Source: a virus. From it: a stretch of 64,000 bases of DNA. The notes below the pieces were generated by a model, which saw nothing but the letters and a program-made list of their open reading frames with translations, did no database searches and was not told the origin of the DNA. The translations under genes were made by a program, and so were the position numbers. Positions 28,224 through 37,399 of this stretch are shown in pieces (positions within the stretch are counted from its first letter, which is position 1; each line of letters begins with the position of its first letter). The DNA is taken from positions 6,745-70,744 of IMG/VR virus record IMGVR_UViG_3300024520_000003. The stretch is one strand, 5' to 3'.

Positions 28224-29747
28224 TTAGAATGAAACGTTATCGATGATTCCGCATTTTGTCGGGACCTTCACATGAAGCGAACCAAAAAGCATAAGCAAGA
28301 ACGGAATAGAAGTCGTTGCCTGGGCTAATGGACGCCGGAGAAAATCTAATAGCTGTGCCCAATACATTACACCTGGGTCCATCTGTAACAGATAGGCTTG
28401 ACCAGTCGAAGGACGATGCAAGTTCTCATCCACGATAACAGTCGCAGCAGCAACGGTCGGGTTTCGGGGAAACTGCCACATGTACGTTGCAGAGTCACCA
28501 TCGGTATTCCCAACAGCAGTTCGATAGACACGGTAGTAGCGAATTCCACCGGCACCTGAGATAGGTTGAGCGGCGTCACCCATGGTAAATGTCACTTTCT
28601 GACCAGCGAGAACCGTGATGGTTGTCTCGTTGACACCAGTAAGGACTTTGACCGGGGCAGTAATTCCCTTATCACCAACACCAACGAAACGATATCGGTA
28701 ACCACCGGCATCGGCTGCGCCGAATTTGCTAGTTCCAGATGCAGCTTGAGCTACGTTTGCAATTGGGAGCGTGAAGGTACCGGGATCACCGAACGGATCG
28801 GTGTTTTGATCTGCACGATTGGTTGACAAAGGAGCTTGCTCGATTGAAACCATTCCACCCGGACCAGCGATTGAAAGTCCCTCTGACCCGAATACCAACT
28901 GCGTGGAGTTGGAAGGGGACATTTGGAAACGACCAAAGCTTGTCGCGATGTTCACGAGCTTCGCGTAGACGCGAGGATCGAGCATAATCGTGTTCACATA
29001 ACCAAAGTTTGGTGCAGCGGCTACGTCATAAAGCTTGTTGATCAAGTCTTGAGGAGTAAGCTCGGCACCATCAAGGTTCAAGTAGTTAGAACCGTTTGCG
29101 GCGATTGTGTGAGCACCTGTTGCGCCATCGTAAGTCGGTTGAGCGACTTGCTGATAAAGACCGTCAAACTGAAGACCTTCACCACCGGCACCTTCTACAC
29201 CCATGAGTGAAGAACCGAGGAACAGAGCGCGCTCCAACTTACCCATGAGGGCTTTGGTGCCATCAATAGTCTGTTGAGCAAGACCCTGACGACTAACACC
29301 ACCAGAGTATCCCATGATTCCCGCCATTGTGGCGACATCGGTAATTTCTCTCTGTTCGGCAAGGTACTTCACCTTGACAATTTTACGAGTATAGGTGCCG
29401 TCAGAATTAGTACCGTTCGCGCCTTCTGCAATGAAGGGGTCCAGGTCCATATTTCCGTATGCACTGACAACCGTGCTTTCATGCAGAGGGCTAGTTACGT
29501 TGACTTTGGTGAGTTTCTTCCAAAGCTTCACCGCCATCTCGCTATAGGTAGCAGTATCAAGCGTGCTTTGAATGCTCTGTGGAACCAACGGAGCGAAACT
29601 ACCACTACCAGCCTGACCTTGAGTCGGGTAACCAGCGGATGCTTTAGCCATCGGTGCGCCACTTGCTTGAAGTGCCTTGTTTAGATCTTGAAGTTCGTGC
29701 ATCGAGACTGATTGTCCAGCCAGTGCACTGAGGGATTGCAAATTCAT
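28224..29747 (-). CDS. major capsid protein
   Basis: KASAGY N-terminus, LERALFLG, LQFDGL, C-terminal QLLDFLRRPLA...LMLFGSL...P.K; 507 aa after protease and scaffold. Confidence 0.88.
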   Translation of the reverse strand: MNLQSLSALAGQSVSMHELQDLNKALQASGAPMAKASAGYPTQGQAGSGSFAPLVPQSIQSTLDTATYSEMAVKLWKKLTKVNVTSPLHESTVVSAYGNMDLDPFIAEGANGTNSDGTYTRKIVKVKYLAEQREITDVATMAGIMGYSGGVSRQGLAQQTIDGTKALMGKLERALFLGSSLMGVEGAGGEGLQFDGLYQQVAQPTYDGATGAHTIAANGSNYLNLDGAELTPQDLINKLYDVAAAPNFGYVNTIMLDPRVYAKLVNIATSFGRFQMSPSNSTQLVFGSEGLSIAGPGGMVSIEQAPLSTNRADQNTDPFGDPGTFTLPIANVAQAASGTSKFGAADAGGYRYRFVGVGDKGITAPVKVLTGVNETTITVLAGQKVTFTMGDAAQPISGAGGIRYYRVYRTAVGNTDGDSATYMWQFPRNPTVAAATVIVDENLHRPSTGQAYLLQMDPGVMYWAQLLDFLRRPLAQATTSIPFLLMLFGSLHVKVPTKCGIIDNVSF

Positions 29748-29774
29748 GTGATTCTCCTAAATTCGAGCCACTGG

Positions 29775-30638
29775 TTAGTTAAGAACAAGTTTTGCCGATT
29801 CAGCAACTTCCGTTGCATCCGCGCCACTCTCGAGCATGGCAACAGCCATAGACAGTTCCGCTGCGCGATTGGCATCAGTACCAGCACGCAACTCCTCGTG
29901 AGCTTTCGCAATAACGTCGTGAGCAGAGAAACCACTCTTTTTCACAACAGAATCTTGAGGACTCTCGATGACTTGTAAATCGCCAGCGTCGATAATTGAC
30001 CGTGGCGGAACAGGTTGACCGATTGCTTTCAAAAGAGCATCGATCTTTTCGTTGAGATGAGAAATGACAGCAGCGTTTTCACGAGTTGTCGCGGATAGGC
30101 TTTTCACAACGTCTGTGACGGCCATATAACCCTTGGCAAGAGTCTCACTTTGGTTCCGAACATCGTGAACAATGTTGTCGGCACCTTTTGAGATAATTGC
30201 CACGAGGTCGTAATCCTCTTCACCTTTCATAATATCAAAGTCGTCGTCATCGTGGCCTTTGCCATAACGTGACATCTCGGAGTTGAACGCACGATCTGAC
30301 TCGCTGTTAGCCTCTGCCTCTCGGGACTCCTCGGGCTGATTGGGCGCTCGACCGCTTGCGTCTGTACCTGCTTTCATTTTGCCCTTCTCTCCCTTGTCGA
30401 GGTTTTCTTCTTCTTCATCATCATCGTCTTTCTCGTCGTCTTTTTCCTCTTCGGCTTTTACAATAACCTCTGGGAAAACCTCTTTCACTGCTGCTGTTGC
30501 AGCCTTGAGGATGGCGTCGGGGCCAGTTTCACCAGCCAACTCACCTTTTGAGATTTTTGACTCTACAAGAGTGTCAATTTCTTCAGCATCGAGACCCTGT
30601 TGCGAGAGTCGCGCCCGATATTGATCTGCACTGTCCAT
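29775..30638 (-). CDS. capsid scaffold protein (start probably 30638)
   Basis: Acidic and helical; lies between protease and capsid; ten [ILV]-x-K-[ASG] motifs; PVPPRS motif. Confidence 0.75.
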   Translation of the reverse strand: MDSADQYRARLSQQGLDAEEIDTLVESKISKGELAGETGPDAILKAATAAVKEVFPEVIVKAEEEKDDEKDDDDEEEENLDKGEKGKMKAGTDASGRAPNQPEESREAEANSESDRAFNSEMSRYGKGHDDDDFDIMKGEEDYDLVAIISKGADNIVHDVRNQSETLAKGYMAVTDVVKSLSATTRENAAVISHLNEKIDALLKAIGQPVPPRSIIDAGDLQVIESPQDSVVKKSGFSAHDVIAKAHEELRAGTDANRAAELSMAVAMLESGADATEVAESAKLVLN

Positions 30639-30640
30639 CT

Positions 30641-31414
30641 TTAGTTCCTCCCGCGCAAGCGGTTCAAAATTCCACGGACGATGTTTTCGCCCTGAGTCCA
30701 AGTCAGCATTGGTGATTTCTTCAATAATGCACTTGTCATCATGTCGATCTCACCATTCACTGAATAAGTTTCAGAAGCGAGAGCTTCAACACGACGTTGA
30801 GCTTCTTTCTGAATCTCGTCTTCTTTTTTGTCCCTGTCCTTACCACCATCAAGTGACTGTGGCACTACTGGAGCAAACGGAGCAGAGTATCCCATTGCTT
30901 GAGCCGGATAACCCGCCATGGCAGATCTAAAAAACATAGAAGCCATCACAGGGTCAAACGTTGCAAGCGGGTTCTTGGGGTTGGCGCTAATGGCAACAGA
31001 ATGGACCTTGGCCTCTTCTATCTTGTTTCCATTGCGACGAACGGCACGGCCTTCAATACTGAAGCCAAGTTTTGACTTGGAGTTGGCCTTGTTCAGTGTT
31101 CGTGCTTTCTCGAATATTTGCTTACCAAGTGCGTCTGTTAGAAACAGATCTGCCTCAATCTCAGTCGCACTGTGACCATTGAGTGATGACTTACTGAATG
31201 AAATTGGCTCGCCAACGATATTCATCACTCCACACGGATGCTCAAGGGTAATCCACTTGGCATCACTAAAATCTAAACCCTTTTGAATGATAATCTCATT
31301 ATCGGCATCCAGAGCTTCAGACGAAGCTATTCCTTTGATTCGACCGCGACCAGTTGTGTCGCCATCACCTTTCTCGATGATGTCAAAGGGTGCCCACAGG
31401 GTTACTAGTTCCAT
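30641..31414 (-). CDS. prohead protease
   Basis: IKGIASSEALDADNEIIIQKGLDF, EH, LGFSIEG (catalytic Ser), VAISANPKN. Confidence 0.88.
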   Translation of the reverse strand: MELVTLWAPFDIIEKGDGDTTGRGRIKGIASSEALDADNEIIIQKGLDFSDAKWITLEHPCGVMNIVGEPISFSKSSLNGHSATEIEADLFLTDALGKQIFEKARTLNKANSKSKLGFSIEGRAVRRNGNKIEEAKVHSVAISANPKNPLATFDPVMASMFFRSAMAGYPAQAMGYSAPFAPVVPQSLDGGKDRDKKEDEIQKEAQRRVEALASETYSVNGEIDMMTSALLKKSPMLTWTQGENIVRGILNRLRGRN

Positions 31415-31464
31415 TCAACCAGCCTTAGATAAGCCCACTGTGGAGCATGTGTTAGATAACTGGA

Positions 31465-31701
31465 TCATCGTAGTTTCATATCATTAGCCATGTCAAGCAA
31501 CTTTGGTGATATTCTAAGAGGTATCCCAGTTGGACGACCACACCCATGGCACTTAATCTCACAAAATCCATCTTCACGAAGAACCACGCATCTGCTTTTT
31601 ACGAATAACTTAAGTCGTCCGTTTTTAGCCCTTCCATCCAGTCTAAGACCGCAGTTCTGGCAGGATAGTTTCAACTGGGTGTTATTATCTAACAGTGCCA
31701 T
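31465..31701 (-). CDS. zinc-ribbon protein, Mu Com-like
   Basis: CQNCG...EIKCHGCG. Confidence 0.55.
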   Translation of the reverse strand: MALLDNNTQLKLSCQNCGLRLDGRAKNGRLKLFVKSRCVVLREDGFCEIKCHGCGRPTGIPLRISPKLLDMANDMKLR

Positions 31702-31702
31702 G

Positions 31703-34700
31703 CTATCCCAGGGGATGACCTCCGAGTGCTGCTAGTGCTGCTTGAGCGCGCTTTTTTAGCGTTCTAAGGCTTCTTTGGAAGTGTCCTCTGTAACGAGGAT
31801 CACCCCCACCGGCACCTTCACTCCAAACTTCTCCAGCGTTGTCTATAGCGCCACTGTTCGGGTCGAGTGCGTATTCAAGAGCCTCTTTGGTCCATTTCCC
31901 AGACTGGAAACTATCAATAAACTCCTCCCTGTTTTCTTGGCGTTGTGCGAAGTCAGGGTTGTCTGGGTCATACCCGTAGGTATCAGCCTCCAATGCCTGG
32001 AACTCGTCCCGAAGTCGAGGTGTTAGCTTTATTTCAACCGCTGGACCTCTATTGGTTTGATGGATCTTTGGGCCTTTGATGTGTCTTTCTGCTTTGGGTG
32101 ATTTGTCTTTCTTTGCTCTTGCTGATGCAATTAGTTCTGAAAATGGACCGTCGCCTAACCCACTCGATCTTGACTCAGGACTGTGTTCATCAGGGCGACC
32201 CGTGACAGCCATCGCGAGACTTGCCTCAGACCAATCGGATATAGCTGGAACCTCAGTCTTTTCAGTTCCCATTAGTTTTGCAATCTTACGCATATCAGCG
32301 GGGTCTCGAATTAACCACGTTCCGTTCTTTTTATTGTAGGTTCCAATCTGCGCTCTCTTGTTCTTGGTTTTCTTTCCACCGTAGTAGAGTTGATTAAGGA
32401 CTTCGTGGGCGTGAGATCCATCCTCGGCTCCACGAAGAACTAGACCCTTGCCAGTTCTTGAGACGCCGATACCAACCGTACCGACCTTAGCTATTGCCTG
32501 TCGTGCGCGGAAATCCCGTGTCTTGTTACGACTTGTCGCCGTCTTTAGCCCAACAGCCTCTAAAACGTCCTCACCTCGTTGAAATCCGTAGACAGACTCT
32601 CTGAAGTAGTCCTTAGCAACCTCAACCTCACTCTTAGACGTAGCAGTTTCCAGCGCAGAAAAGGCATCTTCAACTTCATCGTTTTTACTCTCGTCGATAG
32701 AATATGAGTGCTCCCACGACAGAAGCTCGCCTGTGGTTTTATTCGCTCCCGGGTTTCCTTCAACAAGCGCACCCATGTTGGCGAGTTTCTTACCAACGAG
32801 TTCACCAAGGTGAGTTTCAAACTTATCGTCACCTTGCATCCAAATCATGTCCACGTCGGACTGAGATCCCATTCGGTAACTCCGTCCAGCGACCTGTTGA
32901 AAGTCTGCGCCGCTCAGTGGAAGGGTTAGGTTGATCTGGGTCCTGGGTCGACCACCTTTTCGGTCATGGTAGCTAAGACCCGTTCCACCCTTGGCCATTG
33001 TCCCAACGATTACACGCTTATCCCCTCGTTGATAGGCGGCTGTCTCTTCCTTGGCATCCGCTCCTCCGTGCGCTTGACCAACGTACTCTTTCGCCTCTTC
33101 GTAGGTAAGCTCACGTCCAGCGAGGTGTGATCCCAACTTAATGGTCATATATTTCAGTGTGTCGCGCTCAGGCATTGAGGCTGCAATAGCATCTATCTGG
33201 TCTGCGTATTCTAGTGCAGACTCAGGGAGGGTTTGACTTACATGAACACGATGCCTGATTGAATCAGCTATGCCCGTGATTCGTTTGTTTGTGTGTTTAG
33301 TGTAAGCAGTGAAAAGAAGAACCTGAGCGTTGGGATCTCCATTAAGTTTATCTATGGCCATGCTAACGGCCTGTTCTGCCTTTGCGGCTTCCCATGCCTG
33401 TCGTTTCCACCCGAAAATACGACCACCCGTTGTCAGTGGGTTCAGTCCCGCCTCTATTGCCAACCTTTTTACCTTGTCGGCGGCGCTAAACGCCTCTGAA
33501 TACACTGGGTCCATTTCTGATGCTTTCACTTTGCCAAAGTTAACATTCAGATCCACGACTTCACCTTGACGGTTTGTCATGGCTGCGTAGTTAGGAACTC
33601 GCTTGGCACCACCACCGCTTGCGTGAAGAAGTGCTGCTACAGCCACAGACGGGAGTGGAGATCTGGGGTTTTTGACATCGAATGGAATAGCACCCTGCTC
33701 CATACCTCGCCGTGACACACCGGCACCCAATTTCTCTGCCCATTCCACGAACTCACCACCTGTCTTGAACCATCCCATTTTGCGAAGATAGTGAAGGTCT
33801 TTGATATTCGTGTAGGGTGTCGCGCTCATGTAGAGCACCTTTTCAGCTTGATCCTGTAGTTTGACTGCTGCTTGTGCTTCCTGACCTGTCGGGTTCGCCA
33901 TCTTGTGAGCTTCATCGAAAACTATGGTGTCGAACTTACCCTCGTATTCCGGCTTCAATAAGATAACGAAAGTTCCATCAGGCTGTTCTTCCCTTGTGAA
34001 AAGTTCATTATAGGACGCAACGAAGTAACCATCACCGCCCTCCCGAGGGTGCTTGAAATTAAGATTGTATAAATCTCCAGTCTCAGCCCATTGGGATTTG
34101 AGACCCTTTCCACCCGCAGTGGGAACCACGACAAGATTCCTCTTCCCACCCCGGGCAATCATCGCACCCATGGCTGTCAGAGTTTTTCCTAGCCCAGCTT
34201 CATCCTGAAGAACGAACCCGTCACGCTCGTCCCATGACTGGAGAATTCGGGAGATTCCCTCTTCCTGATGCCTGAAAAGGCTGTAATATCCTTCCTCCTC
34301 ATTGGCATTTGGGAAGTTGGTTACATCGTTTGGAACCTCTTTTGTAATTCTCGGAGCAACGTCCTCATGTAGCATTATCGAGATATTGCTAGGCGGTGTT
34401 GTGGCGTTGTAGTCCTTGACGTCTAAATCACCGTCGTAGAAAACCCCATACCGTTTTGCCTCGTCAAACCACGTCGCCTTTGTCTTTGCCGTTCCTGTGG
34501 TAACTGCCTCAGCGACCTTTCGCTTTAGAAACTCTTTATGAGATGCGATGTCTGCCGCGTGGTGATCCTGAAGGAGTTTGGTGAATTTCTTCTTAGTCAT
34601 CCACCTCTCTCGCTCAGTTGCTGAGTTCTTGACCCGAACTCGGTCACCTTCCATTTCAATAACTTCAAGGTGAGTTTCGACCTTCTCACCGTTCTTTTCT

Positions 34701-34954
34701 GTAGATATGGCGTACTCAGACCCGACGTGCATGTGGGCTTCAGACCCAATATACTCACCGTGCTGTGCTACACGACTGGAGTATTTCCACGGGTACCAGT
34801 AACGCCACTGACCCCCGAACTTCTTTCTGTATCCACCAGACTTAGATCCAGCGATGGCCTCGAAACCCGATGGAGGTTTGTCGGTCGTTTTGTACTTCAT
34901 TTTGTACTTTGCGCCAGACCGCGCCTTCATAAGAAGCTCTGAAAATGAATACAT
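31703..34954 (-). CDS. SF2 helicase (Strawberry-notch/SNF2-like), putative head cargo
   Basis: DEAGLGKT, FDEAH, SAT, GGTGLSYHD, QQVAGRSYR. Confidence 0.85.
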   Translation of the reverse strand: MYSFSELLMKARSGAKYKMKYKTTDKPPSGFEAIAGSKSGGYRKKFGGQWRYWYPWKYSSRVAQHGEYIGSEAHMHVGSEYAISTEKNGEKVETHLEVIEMEGDRVRVKNSATERERWMTKKKFTKLLQDHHAADIASHKEFLKRKVAEAVTTGTAKTKATWFDEAKRYGVFYDGDLDVKDYNATTPPSNISIMLHEDVAPRITKEVPNDVTNFPNANEEEGYYSLFRHQEEGISRILQSWDERDGFVLQDEAGLGKTLTAMGAMIARGGKRNLVVVPTAGGKGLKSQWAETGDLYNLNFKHPREGGDGYFVASYNELFTREEQPDGTFVILLKPEYEGKFDTIVFDEAHKMANPTGQEAQAAVKLQDQAEKVLYMSATPYTNIKDLHYLRKMGWFKTGGEFVEWAEKLGAGVSRRGMEQGAIPFDVKNPRSPLPSVAVAALLHASGGGAKRVPNYAAMTNRQGEVVDLNVNFGKVKASEMDPVYSEAFSAADKVKRLAIEAGLNPLTTGGRIFGWKRQAWEAAKAEQAVSMAIDKLNGDPNAQVLLFTAYTKHTNKRITGIADSIRHRVHVSQTLPESALEYADQIDAIAASMPERDTLKYMTIKLGSHLAGRELTYEEAKEYVGQAHGGADAKEETAAYQRGDKRVIVGTMAKGGTGLSYHDRKGGRPRTQINLTLPLSGADFQQVAGRSYRMGSQSDVDMIWMQGDDKFETHLGELVGKKLANMGALVEGNPGANKTTGELLSWEHSYSIDESKNDEVEDAFSALETATSKSEVEVAKDYFRESVYGFQRGEDVLEAVGLKTATSRNKTRDFRARQAIAKVGTVGIGVSRTGKGLVLRGAEDGSHAHEVLNQLYYGGKKTKNKRAQIGTYNKKNGTWLIRDPADMRKIAKLMGTEKTEVPAISDWSEASLAMAVTGRPDEHSPESRSSGLGDGPFSELIASARAKKDKSPKAERHIKGPKIHQTNRGPAVEIKLTPRLRDEFQALEADTYGYDPDNPDFAQRQENREEFIDSFQSGKWTKEALEYALDPNSGAIDNAGEVWSEGAGGGDPRYRGHFQRSLRTLKKRAQAALAALGGHPLG

Positions 34955-34966
34955 AGCTCGAATCCT

Positions 34967-35128
34967 CTATTTGATGCCCTTAAGATTTGGAAGAGTTGGC
35001 TCTAGTCCTAAATCTTTTTGCTTTTTCATATCTCTCAACATTTTGTCGATCTTAGCTCGATCTGACTCCTTAAGGTGTTCATATCCACTTATCTTAAGGT
35101 GAACGGGTTGTTTATCACGATCTGTCAT
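34967..35128 (-). CDS. small hypothetical protein (53 aa, not in the ORF track)
   Basis: MTDRDKQPVHLKISGYEHLKESDRAKIDKMLRDMKKQKDLGLEPTLPNLKGIK; ATGA overlap with the MuF stop; fills the gap exactly. Confidence 0.55.
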   Translation of the reverse strand: MTDRDKQPVHLKISGYEHLKESDRAKIDKMLRDMKKQKDLGLEPTLPNLKGIK

Positions 35129-36051
35129 GCTGCAATCTCCTCATCTTCTATAGGAACGAAATCCCAGTTCTCATCCATAGTAAACCCAGGAGGGATGACC
35201 TGTACACCACATCGGCAATTTGGATGCACTGGCCAGATGGTTGGTAACCAATCCTGACGTTTTCTTCCAGCGTTTGTGTCATTGGCAACTAGATCAGCGA
35301 CGTTGAAGACAATTGGGGTATCCCCTTGGAGGAAGACCCTGCGGCAGTCAATACACGCTGTTTGATCTGGAGTTCTTGCGACTCTGGCATCTTCGCCGTA
35401 GATCTCCAACGATTCAATCACCGTTGCTTCGTTATAGACGCCCTGAAGTTCAGTTCGTGCGATCCGATGCCAGTTTCTGTTCCAATTTCCACTTGCTGTG
35501 CCCAAGTCCGTTGCAAGTTGCTCCGATGTTCGACCCCTGACAACGGCTTCGGCTAGTTCATCTGGGAGGACATCTAGATCCCTTTTTTGGGCCTCTTCCT
35601 CAAAATCTATATCGGATTGCTCGGATTCCCAAACGTCACCAACTCGCTGAGACACATCGTCTTCAATGAACTCACCCAGGTCTTTGATTAGTTCACCAGA
35701 GCGATCTAAAGCGCGTTCATACGATATGGACTCCCTTCTTGTCAGCCATGGTGGTGGGACAGTTGGGTCGTTGATATCGCTAATGCTAATTCCCTTATCT
35801 TTTGCTCTGGCTATAATCTCGTCGTTTATTTCAGAAGTCCATCGGGTTAGGTCCCATTGGCGCATGACATCGAGTTGGTCTGGAGTGGCGTTTGCCATCT
35901 TGTTTCCCATAAGGATCGCAAAAAGAAACGAATCAATCGGGTGGATAGTTCCAGGAACACTCATACCACCAACGGTCTGCCAGATATTTGTGTTGTATTC
36001 CCGTATAGCAAGTTCAATGCTTGCTTGGGCGGCGGTTAGAAGGCTATTCAC
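35125..36051 (-). CDS. MuF/SPP1 gp7-like minor head protein
   Basis: WHRIARTE, ACIDC, PVHPNCRC. Confidence 0.88.
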   Translation of the reverse strand: MNSLLTAAQASIELAIREYNTNIWQTVGGMSVPGTIHPIDSFLFAILMGNKMANATPDQLDVMRQWDLTRWTSEINDEIIARAKDKGISISDINDPTVPPPWLTRRESISYERALDRSGELIKDLGEFIEDDVSQRVGDVWESEQSDIDFEEEAQKRDLDVLPDELAEAVVRGRTSEQLATDLGTASGNWNRNWHRIARTELQGVYNEATVIESLEIYGEDARVARTPDQTACIDCRRVFLQGDTPIVFNVADLVANDTNAGRKRQDWLPTIWPVHPNCRCGVQVIPPGFTMDENWDFVPIEDEEIAA

Positions 36052-36293
36052 TCCCCGTTGACCTTCTCAAGCACTACCTTAGTCAGTCCCTTCATGTGTT
36101 CAGACCATCGCGCTTCCATTAGGTCCGATAGTTGACGGAGTGCTTTCACTTCGCCGTCCCCAGGTAAGTCTGGAAGGACAGATCTAACCGTTTTCCTGGC
36201 ACCTCCGATGGCTTTCTCAAGTCGGTTGCTTATATCGTGTGGACAACCATCGCTGATTTCACCCGGATAGGACTCGCAGATGATTAGTTTCAT
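36048..36293 (-). CDS. hypothetical protein
   Basis: 81 aa, 4-nt overlaps with both neighbours; contains LEKA. Confidence 0.6.
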   Translation of the reverse strand: MKLIICESYPGEISDGCPHDISNRLEKAIGGARKTVRSVLPDLPGDGEVKALRQLSDLMEARWSEHMKGLTKVVLEKVNGE

Positions 36294-37387
36294 TCGCTGT
36301 CCTTTTTCTTAGTGCCTTTGTCATGTGGATTTTTATATCCAACTGGTTCTTTTTTCTTAGTGCCTAGTCCTCGACGTTTATACTCGTCCTGAAGAAGTCT
36401 TCGTTGTTTCTTCTCTGCTTCCTTATCTAACCCGGGCCTGTTTTTGATTCTGTCTAGATTGGCTTGAATCTGACCATCACTCATTTTTCGGACACGGTCT
36501 TTTGAGGCAAAGTCCTTTTTCTCATTTCTTATCTTTTCGCGAATGTCATCTATTTCAGCCTTAGCCTTCTTTCTATCCGAATCGGTCTTTGCTCCATAAA
36601 GTGCACCAAGGGGAGCGGATAACATTGCGCCAGATCCAGGAGCGAGTATATCAAGGATTCTCGAAACCTGACTCGCGAGTCCGTTTATGAGTGCCGCGTT
36701 TAGTTCCTTGGTCTGTTGTTTGCGTTTAGCGTTCTCGGCTTGATCTTCTAAGCTAGGTGCATCCTGAGTCCCATCTTCCTTGGGTTCCTCTTTCTTTTCT
36801 TCTTTTCCACCACCCTCATCATCGTCATATATGTAGGTGTAGTTCCCTGGAGTCCCTTCTCGCGTTCCTGGACCGTCATAGGGATCTCCCGTTGCTTTGA
36901 ATATCCTTGCGCCCAGAACTGAGAACTCGAACGTGCCCTTTTCTATTATGTTCACAGCCTCGTAGCCCATCTGCATGACCGCATCGACGGCCTCTTGGGC
37001 GCTTCTGTGCTGTGTGTCTGGCACGTTTTGGCCCGGGTTGGGCACTGCTTGGTCAAAGAACGAAGCTTGCCACATTCCGGGCTTTTTTGAGCTTCTATGA
37101 ACGAACACCCACTGACTGCCTTGCCCTGACAGTTTTATACCGCCGATCTTATTCTCATCACCCACTTTGAAAGTCCGTTTGTTTGATTGAGTGTATTTGT
37201 AGTCATAATTCCCAGGAGATCCGGTCCTGGAACCCGTTCCAGAGTATGCGGTGCTCTTTTCAACCATTCGGTTATAGATGCCCATAATATAAGCGTAATT
37301 CTCACCCTTTCCAGCCCTGGATGCTAGATCACGGGCTTTCTTCCATCGTTTCTCGTCTTTTTTGGTTTTTACTACGCTAGTTGGCAT
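36290..37387 (-). CDS. putative head cargo protein (ChaB-like N-terminus, repeated YxGxGxRxGxxGxY tags)
   Basis: DEKRWKKARDLA...YAYIMGIY; YSGTGSRTGSPGNYDYKY and YDGPGTREGTPGNYTYIY. Confidence 0.65.
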   Translation of the reverse strand: MPTSVVKTKKDEKRWKKARDLASRAGKGENYAYIMGIYNRMVEKSTAYSGTGSRTGSPGNYDYKYTQSNKRTFKVGDENKIGGIKLSGQGSQWVFVHRSSKKPGMWQASFFDQAVPNPGQNVPDTQHRSAQEAVDAVMQMGYEAVNIIEKGTFEFSVLGARIFKATGDPYDGPGTREGTPGNYTYIYDDDEGGGKEEKKEEPKEDGTQDAPSLEDQAENAKRKQQTKELNAALINGLASQVSRILDILAPGSGAMLSAPLGALYGAKTDSDRKKAKAEIDDIREKIRNEKKDFASKDRVRKMSDGQIQANLDRIKNRPGLDKEAEKKQRRLLQDEYKRRGLGTKKKEPVGYKNPHDKGTKKKDSE

Positions 37388-37399
37388 TTTTATCTTCCC

